A stretch of 64,000 nucleotides of DNA from Podarcis vaucheri (Eukaryota), in assembly GCA_965113315.1 (NCBI GenBank), contig OZ220370.1; one strand, 5' to 3'. Positions 1-13,090 of this stretch are shown here, piece by piece (within the stretch, counting starts at the first letter, position 1; the number at the start of each line of letters is the position of its first letter). Both the position numbers and the translations under genes were made by a program. The notes below the pieces were generated by a model. The model was not told the DNA's origin and searched no databases. It saw only the letters and a program-made list of their open reading frames with translations.

Positions 1-328
1 CCACCCAGTGATATTCAGAATATCACTCATGAAATCACCCAAGATATCCCTCAAGTAATTAAGGAACAAAAGAAGAAAAGGCACACTAATCTAGGAACTT
101 CCTCTCTGCCCAGAACGTTGGAGGCTATACACCACACCCCTCAACAGTATTTATAGGAACTCAAACACCAGACTCTGCTCTGTTCCAGTAACAAGAAGCC
201 GAAAGCACCAGCCTGAAGATGACGAGTGAGACCTCGTCGAAACGTCGCACAGACACCCCGACTCTTACACGGGAAGACACCCGAAGACACCAAAACCTGC
301 ATTCCTATACCCGTGAAAATCTACGAAA

Positions 329-330
<2 letters not shown>
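1..330 (+). mobile_element. Penelope-like element 3' terminal repeat (truncated by window edge)
   Basis: Contains a minimal hammerhead motif, then a CCGTGAAAATCT-type end, then (AT)n. Confidence 0.65.
211..248 (+). ncRNA. Minimal type I hammerhead ribozyme motif
   Basis: GC-CTGAAGA-T-GACGAG(TGAGAC)CTCGTC-GAAA-CG-TC-GC: catalytic core, 6-bp stem II, palindromic ACGT stem III, and only a 2-bp stem I. Confidence 0.7.

Positions 331-376
<46 letters not shown>
330..376. repeat. (AT)n microsatellite
   Basis: Read directly. Confidence 0.98.
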
Positions 377-382
<6 letters not shown>

Positions 383-503
383 AGAAGACCATCCTCTTCC
401 AGTGAGCTGTGAAGTGGAGATCTTTATCCAAATCTGCATTTGTATGAGAATTATTTTTACTTTTTCATATATGGAGTTGTTTTGAAATATTTTATGCAAG
501 AGG

Positions 504-559
504 GAGGGCCGTAGCTCAGTGGTAGAGTATCAGCGTCAAATGCAGAAGGCCCCAGGTTC
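504..559 (+). mobile_element. tRNA-derived SINE 5' part; resumes at 1706-1785 and about 2364-2378
   Basis: A box GTAGCTCAGTGGTAGAG. The B box GGTTCAAT is interrupted by an insertion. Confidence 0.75.
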
Positions 560-1705
560 TTTCTTTTTAAAAAAATAATTTTTATTAACAGGCCAATCAC
601 ATCACATTATCCATATCACATTGATTCCAAATTATACAACCAAATTTTAAATTTTGTTGGGGGTACCCATACATGAAGCTCGGCTCGAGTCCAAAACAGC
701 ATCACTTTTCTTACTGCATTAATTAAACAGTTCTGTCCAGTTTGATCCGGATAGAGTTATTACTTCCTTTCTCTTCTTCTTGTTATCATATATTCCTTTC
801 TTTGCGATCTCTGATGATTTTCACAAGCAGGTTGAAAGCTGGCATTCTATGTGGGTTTTGTACTCTTCCAAAAATCATATTGATCCGGGACAGCCTCCGT
901 ACAATGCTTCCATAAACAAAAGTAATCTCCGATCTGTCCTTTATTTTTCTCAGGCTTACCGAATAAATCAAATGAGTCTGGGGGTTCTGTCAGGTCAAAC
1001 TACCATTCCAGCATTCCTTCTCATCAAACAATCCTGATTCTCCTCCCCCAGTCCTTCTTCCTCCAGCAGACCTGTCCTGGCGAGACGCCATTTTTTAACT
1101 GCGTCATAAAAATTTTCCTCTTTTCTCACCGTTCTCCAGTCTTCTTACCTCCCACATAGTTCTTAAAATCCTGCCTGTGATTCATAGAAACGCGACGATC
1201 TTATTTCTATCTGGGGTGAAGGGTTATTAATGTCACATCATGCAGAAAAAAGAGTTTTTTTCTCCACCCCCCCTTCGTTTCAAACATACAGTCTCCTTAT
1301 GGTAGTTCATCAGAAGATTTACTTATCCGTCCGTCACTCCTGGTCGCAGAGATCCATAAATCAGCAGCCTTATCGGTCGAGCTTTACTTGATGTATGTGC
1401 TTTCAGCTTCCTTTCCAATCGTATGTTTCCAATTATAATTCCAAGCTGCAGCAACCAGCACGCGCTGATTGGAATCGGCTTCAGGAAGAGCTGACTTCAC
1501 CGAGGGCCTGTGCCAAGTGTTCAGCACCCCCATCACTCGTTTCAGGGGGTGCATTGTGAACACCGCTGGCAGGACAGCACTCCCCCACATCCTGGGGGAG
1601 CAAAAGGAAGGCTGCATACTTCCCATAGCAGCCCCTTAGTACCTCGTATGGGTCAGAGAGATGTTATTGTCGGCCATCTTCCAACGCGCCACCTGGTGGC
1701 CCCCC
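560..1705 (-). mobile_element. Full-length non-autonomous L1-type retroelement
   Basis: 17-bp TSD CAGAAGGCCCCAGGTTC at 543-559 and 1706-1722. 5' end GGGGG...AAGATGGCCGA, 3' end AATAAA plus A-rich tail. No long ORF. Confidence 0.8.
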
Positions 1706-1785
1706 CAGAAGGCCCCAGGTTCAATCATTCACATCTTTAGGTGGATCTTAGAGAAAACCCAGTCTGAAGTCCAGATCCTGAAGAG

Positions 1786-2363
1786 TGTCAAGGGGCTGTC
1801 AGGAATGCAGGTTCATCCACAGGTCAGGAAGAGGACTCGAGATGTGAAGTACAACCAGCTTTTATTCACACAAATAAAAACACAACAGAGTTCATCTAGG
1901 CTTATCTGCCCTAGTTGAAGATGTTGCTGGGACTGGTGTCTGGCTCCTGCTTCCCTCTCTAGCTTTCTCCCTCTGGACTCCTCCCAAGCAGCAGCAAGTT
2001 CTGGGCCTTTCTGGCTTATTGCTCAGCAAGTCACAAGGCTCTTCGTGATCCAGGTGTCAGTGGAGGAGGACAGCTAGCTAAAGTGGGACTGTCCATCTGG
2101 CTCTTCTCTGTCAGAGTCTGAGCTCACACTAAGACCCTTGGCACTGTGCCCTGTCCTTGCACAGCTTTCTTCTTTTGAAACTCCCCTCTCCATGTTCACT
2201 CAAATCTCCTGCCTCTATCACCTCCCAGCTTGTCCCTTCCACAGGCCGGTCCTCAGTGTCCCACTACCACTGTCCTGGGTCTAAGTCTTCTCCCTCTGTG
2301 CTATCCCTGGGTTCTTGGGCTGGTGTCTCCCACCACTCTTTATCATCCAGCCAGTACCTGACA
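1786..2363 (-). mobile_element. Putative solo LTR
   Basis: TGTCA...TGACA termini, flanks AAGAG/AAGAA (4 of 5 match), minus-strand AATAAA near 1861. Interrupts the SINE. Confidence 0.6.
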
Positions 2364-2588
2364 AAGAACCACTGCCACACATAATGGGCAGCTTCCTACG
2401 TTCCTGTAATTATTTTTACAGTTTTCTTGTTTTACAGTTCTTGTTTTATAATTGTGTATTTCATGGTGGTTACCCACCATGGGACCTTATGGTAAAGGGT
2501 GGGGAAGGTATTGAGCGAACAAACAAATGCTGACCAAAAAAACTCATTTCCACATGGAACCTCAGAAGTATGCATCCATGGTCTACAT

Positions 2589-2824
2589 CAGGCATCAGCA
2601 AACTTTTTCACTGTCCCTCACACCTTCGGGGGGGGGGGAGACTATTTTTTTTGGGGGGGGATGAACAAATTCCTATGCCTCACAAATAACCCAGAGATGC
2701 ATTTTAAATAAAAGGACACATTCTACTCACGTAAAAACACCCTGATTCCCGGACCATCCACGGGCCGGATTTAGAAGGCAATTGGGCCGGATCCAGCCCC
2801 CAGGCCTTAGTTTGCCTACCCATG
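2589..2824 (+). mobile_element. hAT (Charlie-like) MITE, family H1
   Basis: CAGGCATCAGCAAAC...GTTTGCCTACCCATG, TSD GTCTACAT/GTCTACTT. Homologous to the copies at 38467 and 62983. Confidence 0.85.
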
Positions 2825-4946
2825 GTCTACTTTATCAAATGCTGCTGAGAGGTCTGGGAGAATCAGTAGGGTCACATTGCTGTTCATCCATTTCCAAGCA
2901 TACGTTGTCCTCAAAGGTGACCAAGGTAGACTCCAGCCACTGCTCTAGGCCTAACCCATTTTAGGTACTTTCTTTTCAGATGGACCCCAACATGTAAACA
3001 TGGAAGCAAGAGATGATCAGTGGGGCTTGTTTTGCTTTGGTACCAACTACTCCTCACTTAACCATGTTGATATATTAAAATATCATGACAGCAACCCTGG
3101 AAGAAAGGTGAGGATTGCCCTCACACTGGATGTGAGAGACTAAGGTAGCAGCTAGCGTGAAACCACATGGCTGAGAGAAAAGATTTGTAGCGGGACTTCA
3201 CAACTCATTCTCTGGCGATTAAATAAAACCATAAGAACTTTTTAAAAAACCAGAGAGAAAGTGAAAGCTTCCCTTGCACACAGCAGGTATATAGGGAAGG
3301 GGGGGGGAAAGCTTAAAACACTTCAAGTAGAGAGCTGAAATAAATAAATAAATGCAATAGTGACAATAAAAACCCCAAAACAACACCTCATCAGACTTCT
3401 TTTCTCCCTCTGAAACTAGAAATAAAGATCCCACTATAGTACTTCTATGCCCTTCCTGGAATATGAAGATACTGCTCCAAGAGATCTTTCTCTTATGAAA
3501 GATTTCTGAACTATATATAACTCTAGAAGCTAGACTCCATGAGGCTGAATGAAAAAAATAGAAATGAAAAGGGGAAGTCTGGGCAAGGTATATTTCTTAA
3601 TTATTACTTCCATTAGGTTTTTGTGAGACAAGTAAATATTATTGATAGCTGTTCATGTTGCATACAGGTCAATTTACAAATAAAAATGAAGAAGGGAAAA
3701 TTATAATTCTGACCTTAGCGACTCTGATAAGATCAGTTCTTTACTGATTTAATATTGTTTCATAGTTTGTGCTGCTAAATCAAAAGGTTATCCATAATAC
3801 ATAATGTGAGGATCAGGGGTATTCAACAGACATTTATTCATTATTAATATAGATAATAAAGGATCATTTATGAGGCTACAGATGAGATTTTTATCCTCAA
3901 AAGCTTAAAAAGGGAAATTTATTTTTGCTCCAGGACAAAGATGAAAAGAGTCAGTAATGGGAAAATATAAGCACCAACACAAAACTGTCAGACTCATTTT
4001 GTTCCCAAAGATGACTCGCACTTTACATCGACAGATTAAAACCAAAATAAAATGTCTGCAATGAAAGAAAATATTTTTAAAATCTTAATTGATGGGGAAT
4101 TTGGGAGCTTGTTCTGCTTTTGTTCTTTTGTCTCTCTTGGAGTAGAGATCTTGAGTGCCTTATGGAAAGACTTACCAGGCAGAAAATACATCATTGTCTG
4201 AAGAGCTTTGGGACATTTTTGACAGATACTTTCTGAGGCGCCAATGTCAGTCATTGGACCATTTAATACACAAATACCAGAATCTGAAAAAGTGCGGTCG
4301 CACACACAATGTAGCTTTCTCATTAACCTGATAGGACCAGCCCTCCCTGCTATTAATATTCCTTCATAGTTTATGTTCTTAAATCAAATGGTTCATATAA
4401 AATAGACTGGAAGCTGAATAGTAGGGCTGGTTCAACATATTTTTAAGTTCGAAGTGCAATCACTACAAGTTTCTTTGGTTTTTCCATTCAACAGGAGTGC
4501 CCCAGGACCCCTTGCAATTTATGCTGTGATACAACTCCCCAATTTGAACTGTTTCATTGATGCCCCCTGTCAAGCTATGAAGTGGTAGCTTGGGTGACTT
4601 AATATAGGTACCATTCGGGTACCAATTTTTGTCTTTGTTTATGATCCACCATCTCCACCACCAGCCTTAAGCTTGTTGCTGAACGGTAGGGCTGTCTCCT
4701 CTTTTCTGCAGCACCAGAACTGCAATATTACCTAAGTTGAGCCCTTGGAGAGTTGCTGGTGGTGAGGGAAATCTTCCCTCTGGGACTAGGGTGGTGATTT
4801 TTACATGTGATTGCCTTCTGTCTTTAGCCCTAATGTTGCTGTGATCGCAGATTTCTCAAGTCACTGGGAAAGCGGTTCATACTTTATATACCATCTATTT
4901 CCTGAAGCAAGGAAAACCCTATCTTATAAATTGACCATATTTTTAC

Positions 4947-4977
<31 letters not shown>

Positions 4978-4982
4978 CGTGT
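4947..4982. repeat. (GT)n/(GC)n microsatellite
   Basis: Read directly. Confidence 0.95.
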
Positions 4983-5678
4983 TTTGACAAGCTGCAAAAA
5001 AATCCCTGCTATCACATCTGGCTCCACACTAGTCCTTGTACGCCGAGAAGGTGAATTTAACATTTGATTAACCAGAACAGTTTATAATAAGAAAAGAGGC
5101 CTTTAAATTAGAAGTTAATTTAGATAATTTGTCATCGCCTACCAGTGTCCTCCTCTGCCTTTCCCTACCAGCAATATGCTAATGCATCACGTAAAGTAAT
5201 TGTCAGTCACAATTGCATATCATTCTGCCACTGGAACAGCCCAAGATCTAATTAAAGCCACAGCGGCAGCAACATCTGGGGTTTCTCCTGGATACTGATT
5301 AGGGACACCTAGGAAGAGGCAGCGGCAACCTTGAAACTGCAGTGAACCTTGAGAAGGCATGGGAAAGGCAGAAACCTGATAGCAACATTACCCTCCCCCC
5401 CAAGCATAATGGTTGTGATTTGTGATATACTTTGCCACTGTCGGCTTACTCCTTATTTTCCAGCCTGGTCAGATGAGCTTTTGACTACAGCCAAGTCACC
5501 AGCTAATGTTTAACTTGGGCCACACTAGCAAGTGCTGAAGCACCAACCACTTTGGCTCTGCCAGACTTCGATTCATTCTCATGAGAGCCAAGAGATGCAA
5601 AGGGCACTCCTCTCTGGTGCGAATTCTTTGATGTACCTCAATAGTTCACTATTATTGCATTTATTTATGACATTCATG

Positions 5679-6033
5679 AGGGAACAGGGTGGCGCTGTGT
5701 GTTAAACCACTGAGCCTAGGACTTGCCAATCAGAAGGTCGGCGGTTCAAATCCCCGTGACGGGGTGAGCTCCCGTTGCTCGGTCCCTGCTCCTGCCAACC
5801 TAGCAGTTCGAAAGCACGTCAAAGTGCAAGTAGATAAATAGGTACCTCTCCAGTGGGAAGGTAAATGGCATTTCTGTGCGCTGCTCTGGTTCGCCAGAAG
5901 CGGCTTAGTCATGCTGGCCACATGACCCGGAAACTGTACGCCGGCTCCCTCGGCCAATAAAGCGAGATGAGTGCCGCAACCCCAGAGTCGGTCATGACTG
6001 GACCTAATGGTCAGGAGTCCCTTTACCTTTACC
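5679..6033 (+). mobile_element. Sauria SINE (Squam1), full length
   Basis: tRNA-like head, BovB-like tail and (ACCTTT)n end. TSD TATGACATTCAT at 5666-5677 and 6034-6045. Confidence 0.95.
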
Positions 6034-8049
6034 TATGACATTCATATCCTGTCTTTCCTCATAGCAACTCAGGGTCACATACAGAGGTTTCCCCTTCTCC
6101 ATTTCTGTCCTCACCAAAATCCTGTGAGATGGGTTGCACTGACAGACAGTGACCAGTCCAAGGTCAACCAGTGGGTTTCATTGCTGAGTGAGGATTCAAT
6201 TAGGGTTTCCTCAAACTTATTCTGACACTTGAAACATCACTTTACAGTGGCTCTGCTGCCCTGTGTCTTTGCTTGTGTAGTCAGTCCAGCTGAGATGCTT
6301 CTGACAGAGCTTCTGTCCATGCTGGAGAGCGAAGGGGATTAATGAGTTCTTTGCCTAAGGCAAGATGACTTGTGGGGTGCATAATATCAGAGATTCTTAG
6401 AGCTAGAATGGACCACAAATGTCTAGACCAGCCCCCTTGTCAATGTAGGAAACCCACTAGGGAAGAGTAATCCATTAGGGCAAACAGGGCACTGCCCCAC
6501 CAACCTCAGCTTGTCCTTAACCAGTCCAGGGCGTGGCACTAGCTGCTTGCTTCCTTTTCTGCCATCTCCGTGTTGCACTTGCAGAAGTCAGCAAGGAGGA
6601 GGATGGGGACAAAACTAGAATTATTTGCTTCCATTTATCATTTGCTCTGGCTGCTACTGGTTCCAGCTATGCATACTGGTGGCCTCCCTGCCTGCCAATG
6701 GACAACAGCCACCACTGAAACCCACTACTACAGCATCCTCGAAAGATGTATCAAATATCGTGTTTCTTCTTGAAAACCTCAAATGAATGAGAGTCTACCA
6801 CCTTCCAAGGCAGTCCATTCCATTATCAAACAGCTTATACTGTGAATAGGTTTTTTCCTTATGTTCAGTCCAAATCCTTTTTCTTGACGAATGTAGCCAA
6901 GAGCATTCCTAATAGCCTTTTTCTTATTAGTAACCCAATCAAGCAATGATTTTCCCAGGCCTAGGTTTCTTTCTTCCAGAGGGATCTTCATATTGAATAT
7001 TATAGATAGATTAGATAGATAGATATAGATATAGATAGATGATACTGTAGATAGATTCATAGTCTTCATTCCCCTTCATCAATCAGATTAATCTATACAG
7101 AGGGCATGTAATTAATTAACACTTATAAATTTTGAAATGAAAAGACCTTTGCAGAGATTATCCCTGATTTTTGTTTGTCCTATTAAAAATAGAAGAGGCA
7201 GAAAGACATAAAAAGGGGACAGGAAGAACTCTGGAGCTGGGCTTTTTGAAGCAAGTGTTCCCTCTCTCACTTCTATGATCTCCAGGCAAATGAAAACAGC
7301 AAATGTTGCCCCACATTGAGGAAACTGCTCTAGATGGCTGCCATTCTATTAACTGAATATTAAGCAGTATATATATATTATTCAGAATGACCTTTAAATA
7401 GTTGGAAATTAAATTATAATTTACAGAGAGAGATAGCTAAAGCCATGTAGCTATTGCAAAACAACTAGCTTTTTGGTAAGTTGCATAAAAAAGTGTGTGT
7501 TAATTTAATAAAATCTACAACTAGAGTGGGGATTTTGACAGTACAAAGAAAAACAACTTTCTGACTTTATTAGGCATGATTTCAAACAATTATATTTCTC
7601 CCCTTTACCAAACGATCCAGGCAGCCTGAAGTTGCATGAAAACAAAACCTGATGGGCTGCAATGACTTGAGGCTGCACCCAGGATTTTGATATGAAGGTA
7701 TTGTCAGATATCAGGGCTTAGATAACAAAAGGGCAGTGCTACTATATTTAATGCTAGTGGCGCCATATGTGGTCTTGCTCCAAGATAATAAAAATAAATA
7801 GATCTGTGCTGTTTTGAAAAGTTCAGTCCACCATCTTGATTCAAAATGGCATCCAATTGAATCCAAACAGTCAGTTCAGTGTCCTACTGCCTGCCTTTCT
7901 CATCTGGCTAGCATAACAGCTTCCTTCTGAGGGGTTGCTGAGGATGTTACTTTAATCACACTTCCTATCCCTATTAACTTTTATTTAAGCTTTTCCCCTT
8001 CCTCCCTTACTGATAAGTATGGCATCCGATATACACATATTCAATGATA

Positions 8050-8275
8050 CAGTGGTACCTCGGGTTAAGTACTTAATTCGTTCTGGAGGTCCGTTCTTAA
8101 CCTGAAACTGTTCTTAACCTGAAGCAGCACTTTACCTAATGAGGCCTCCTGCTGCTGCTGCGCTGCCGCCGCATGATTTCTGTTCTCATCCTGAAGCAAA
8201 GTTCTTAACCCAAGGTACTATTTCTGGGTTAGCGGAGTCTGTAACCTGAAGCGTATGTAACCCGAGGTACCACTG
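8050..8275 (-). mobile_element. Tc1/mariner-pogo (Tigger-like) MITE, family T1
   Basis: TIR CAGTGGTACCTCGGGTT with TA TSD. Five copies in the window. Confidence 0.92.
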
Positions 8276-11200
8276 TATATGATTATATGTGGTATCATGA
8301 AGCTAAAAAATGTAGGAAAAAAATTAAAAAAGATTTTCTTCACAAACTAGTTAACTCGTTTTGATGTCAATAGAACTGGCAATCCAATTCTGCGTAAGTC
8401 CTACTGAGTTGAAAGGATTTGCTCTGAAGGAAGTGCTGACACCATTGTTTATTCTACCTTTATATTTCCAGGTGATGTCTGAATCTTCAACTATAGACAC
8501 ATCTGAATCTCTGTACGTGTACCTCTCCAAATTCCTGGACTAGATGACCCTGTAGGTCCCTTCCAGCTCTATGATTCTTTGAATTCAGTTTGGGTGACTG
8601 CCTAGGAATGAGAGCACACAACTCAACCCCTAAATTGTGTTTAATTGCCTGTTTCTTTCCACTGAATCATCATAACCATTGAAGAGCCTCCAGGCAACCT
8701 AATTACTATGTCACACGGGACTGCATACATTAATGTTGCTCTTATTTCTTCACTGCACTGGAAACTATGGCGATTTTGGGAGATGGTGGCTGCGGATGTC
8801 GAAGGGGTCAGGGGTTCGCTTCAAGTGCAAAGTGTCTGATATTCACAAGGCTTGGCTGGTTGGCTGCTTTGCTCTCCAGAACCAGTAAAAGGAGACCAAA
8901 TCACAATTATTTGGCAGTGTAATTGTTGCAACCAGGGCTTTCAAATGATTTGGGATGAAGGATGCTGAAAGGTTCTCTGGCTTCCACCCCACACCTCATG
9001 ATAACCTTCTGGTTCCAATTGTAGATCTGCAGCTTCTATACATGTGGTACAAAACAAAGGAACAAACAGCAGAATTGGCCATGATCGAAGAATGTGCAAT
9101 GGTTGAATACAGATGAGCTCTCAACCACACGGAGAGCTGGTATTCTCAGTGGGGTTATTGGTGCAGACCTTTGGGGCAAACATTCAGGTCCTCGGCAGAA
9201 TGTGCAGGAGGGTTCCTAGACAGCCATGTTTTGAAGTAACTGAAGCAATAAAGACACATTGCCATCTAAATCCATCTGCTTAAAACTTTTTTTTTACCAC
9301 ACACCCATATTGAATGAAAACTCCTGGCAATCACGAGTGTGCTGATAAGATTCTGCTCAGAGCACTGTGGATTCTACTTTGGATTCTACTTGGCCATTGC
9401 AAAAAAGGTTACCCATTGGGAAATGGCTATATTCACCCAGTTTTAAGACAGCTTCATTCATACAACAGAACCAGTTCCACAGCTCCCATTAGCATTCCAC
9501 AAGTGACAGTAGTTTCTCCATTTCATTGCTCTGCTGTCCCTGATCTAAATCATGCCGGATGCTTTTCTGCTACAAATCAAACTCAATAAAAATCTAATCC
9601 TCAAAGGCAGTGACGGGGAGGATAAAAATTCCACAATATGTATTTATGAAGTTGATTGAGCATGGCAATCTCAGTTTAATAACCTTATATGAATTGGTTT
9701 TGAGCTGTAGGGTATTATTTCAGCAGTTAAGCGCAAGTATCCAAGGCTATATACTAGTTAGGGAGATCAAAGTCCATTTTTGCAGATGGTCCTCAATGCT
9801 GATCACAAGATATTAGTGGCACTAATTAAGGTTGGAGGAGGGGCAAAGAGAGAGGAATGCTGTAATAGGAAGTGCTATTTCCTAGGGAAACAGAGACACT
9901 CACAATTAGAATAATAGCATTTCCTTTGTCTGCACTTTCTATTAACATATTGCTACAGAAGTAACTTTTTGTTTGCTACTGAAAAGCGACCCATGGCAGT
10001 AGGAAATGTCATTTATTAGTAGGGATAGATATACCTGCCAACTTTTCTTTCTTTCATTTTCTCCTTTTCCCAGTCTGTTTGCCCCTAATCTGCATGAAAA
10101 ATCATATGCATGTCTTTGGTTGCACCTTTGCCTAATACATGCTCCCTCACAAGTCAGTTTCTCCTAATATAACACATTTAGTATGTTATTTTAATTCATG
10201 TACACTTGTACACATTCAAACAAATGTGGATTTCAGAAGATCACAGTGTTTCCATTTGCATATTGGTTCAGAAAATGCAGATTAGGCAGGTTTTCATTAA
10301 AATGTGTATTGAATTCATTTTTCATTCACCCCTACTTACATTTTTTTATAAAAGTTTGAAGTTCTTTTACAAGGTCTGGTCTAGAGCAGAATGATGAAGC
10401 AGTAGAATCCTGAGGTTGTGGAATGGACTGTGCCATTTTGGGTTGTAAGTGACCATTGTATTTTAAATATTTCCCCATATTAATGTTCTTTTATATGTTC
10501 CTCTACCAGAGAGAGATATTATAGTCCAGTCTGTTGCTTGTTGTCCTGGTTTCTATCAAGAGGGAACTTTTAATCCTATGGGATGTGGTGTGCATTCGTT
10601 ACCTCGCTTATTTATAGATCATCTTTTTCCAATAGGCATTCAAGGTGAGTCAGCTGATTTTCATTGCTGAAGTCCATGTGACCGTCTCCTTCTTCCCACC
10701 AACAATTCTGCTGATCTGGAATTTCATGTGCTCTTGCTGGGGACGGAGGAGATAGGGAATGGGGGTAGAGCCATAATGAAGATGGAGGGATGTGTGTTTT
10801 CAACAGGATGGGCGAGTTCCAATTTCAAGGGCTTCTCCTCCTTTCTGGGGTGATCCCAGCTAATCAGAGAACACATAGTGAGCATGACACCATACAAGTA
10901 TGGCTGTGTGATGATGTCACTAAGGGCCAACAAAGGCAGACCTCACCCTGAAACCTCATCCTGGCTGTTGTCTACTCTGTTGTCAAGAGAACCAGGTCAG
11001 GGATTCTCTGCCTGCTGCACCTATTTCTAAATAACCTTGCTTTTTCTACAGGGTACTGAAAAATTACTTGGAAAAATTACTGGAAGGGAAGTACTATTTT
11101 TAACCTCTGTTTAATATGCTAATGCCCCTATCCTATTTTTAGTATCTTATCAGTAGCACAATGGAGGGTGGGGGTTTGACCCTCCAAGCTTGCCTTCATC

Positions 11201-12241
11201 ATGTTGTGCACGGGACCACACAGCAATCGGTCTTGAATAAAAAAAGGTATACTTTTGATATTTTTAATGCATATAAATGCAGGGCAGTTGGAAATCTCCA
11301 ATTTTGGCACCCCCAATAGGCCTGTGAGCACATATTTCAGGGCTTACTGGAAAGCTACCAAATTAAGGGTGCACCATGGGCTTTGAAGGGTGGCCTTTTC
11401 AACTACATTATTAGCCTTTTGCTGGTGCCTAGTGTATAGGACACACTGCCCACCCTAATAGCTATTTAAAAGGTCTGTGCATCCCAGCACAGTTGCATTG
11501 CAGCTTTATTACGACTCTTTGCTAGCAGGGCTACATGGCGTTGGAACATTATAGCAGGGGTGTCCATTAATCTTTAACTAATGAGAGCAGACTAGTTAAG
11601 ATGTTAAGATTCACAGGAGTAACAACACCAGAAACCTCTCCAGGTGATTTATCAGAGCCTGCAAGGTACTATAAGAAGAGGTAGAAACCCTGATGAAGGG
11701 AATCAGGATTTGCATCTTAACAACGTCACGTAAGAGCGTTACATGACATGACATTCTGCCCGTAGCCACTTCAACATTACTCATGTTGACACCGCTCCAT
11801 GTTATGACAAAGGGAACAAACCAAATCACAGCTGCACTTACTGTTTGGAATTGGGCTGAGGGGGGAAGGAGAGAATCAAACACCTGTCGTTATTTATTGG
11901 CTGTCTACTTGATAACAGCCGCTGCAGTTCCGGCCAATTGTGACTAGAATCAGAATATTGGAATTCCATCCTACAGTGTTTGAAACTAAAAGCCAATTTG
12001 CTACGCCGTGCAGAATGGTAAGCATAAACGTAGCAGTAAACATAAACAATATTGATAGCAGGAAACATACAGCAATTAGGTAATTAACAGAATAAATGTT
12101 AATAATTTCCAATAATGCAAAATAGTTTTCTAAGACTGGTCTACAACCTACGTATGAGACTTACATGCCTGAAACATCCTGCTACCCTCTATCGCAGGGA
12201 TGAAGCCCTGCAGATGTTGTTGGATTGCAAATCCCATAATA

Positions 12242-12467
12242 CAGTGGTACCTCAGGTTACATACGCTTCAGGTTACAGACTCCGTTAACCCAGAAATAGT
12301 GCTTCAGGTTAAGAACTTTGCTTCAGGATGAGAACAGAAATCGGGCTCCAGCAGCGTGGCAGCAGCAGGAGGCCCCATTAGCTAAAGTGGTGCTTCAGGT
12401 TAAGAACAGTTTCAGGTTAAGTACGGACCTCCAGAACAAATTAAGTACTTAACCTGAGGTACCACTG
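12242..12467 (+). mobile_element. MITE family T1, nested in an older hAT-like MITE
   Basis: TIRs and TA TSD. Confidence 0.92.
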
Positions 12468-12900
12468 TACCTGGACATTGGCTGTTCTGGATGGAGCTGT
12501 TGGGAGTCCAACAAAACCTGGAGTGCCACAGCTTCCCAATTGCAACTGCTACCTGAATCCTACAGACTTTTTGAAATGAGTAAACCAAATCATGGTATGG
12601 GGTGCTTCTACTAAATGGAGGTAGGGTGGGTTGGAATTTCACCTTTTTGGTGGTGGCGCCCTGGTTGTGGAGTGCCCTCCTCAGAGAGGCTTATCCGGTT
12701 AGTGCAACTGGGCATCAGTGGTCCCCTTAACTCCTTAGATTAAAGAAAAAGAAATGAAAAGAGTAACAGTGGATTGTCTGCAAATGGACATTGCATGAGT
12801 GTTCTCTAGTCAGTACATATTAGAAGAGGATTCCAGAGCAGTCCCCAGACTTGCAGTTAACCAGATTTCTGTCCCTGTCAAGAATGGCAGTGCTTCATTA

Positions 12901-13090
12901 NNNNNNNNNNNNNNNNNNNNNNNNNNNNNNNNNNNNNNNNNNNNNNNNNNNNNNNNNNNNNNNNNNNNNNNNNNNNNNNNNNNNNNNNNNNNNNNNNNNN
13001 NNNNNNNNNNNNNNNNNNNNNNNNNNNNNNNNNNNNNNNNNNNNNNNNNNNNNNNNNNNNNNNNNNNNNNNNNNNNNNNNNNNNNNNNNN
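12901..13090. other. N run (190 nt)
   Basis: Read directly. Confidence 0.99.

Noticed and set aside
1275-1312. Minus-strand CTGATGA...GAAA, a possible third hammerhead
   Set aside because: No convincing stem II or cleavage triplet. The CTGATGA near 61793 fails in the same way.
8700-9290. Sequence with coding-like composition
   Set aside because: The frames I translated hit stops quickly and resembled no protein I recognise.
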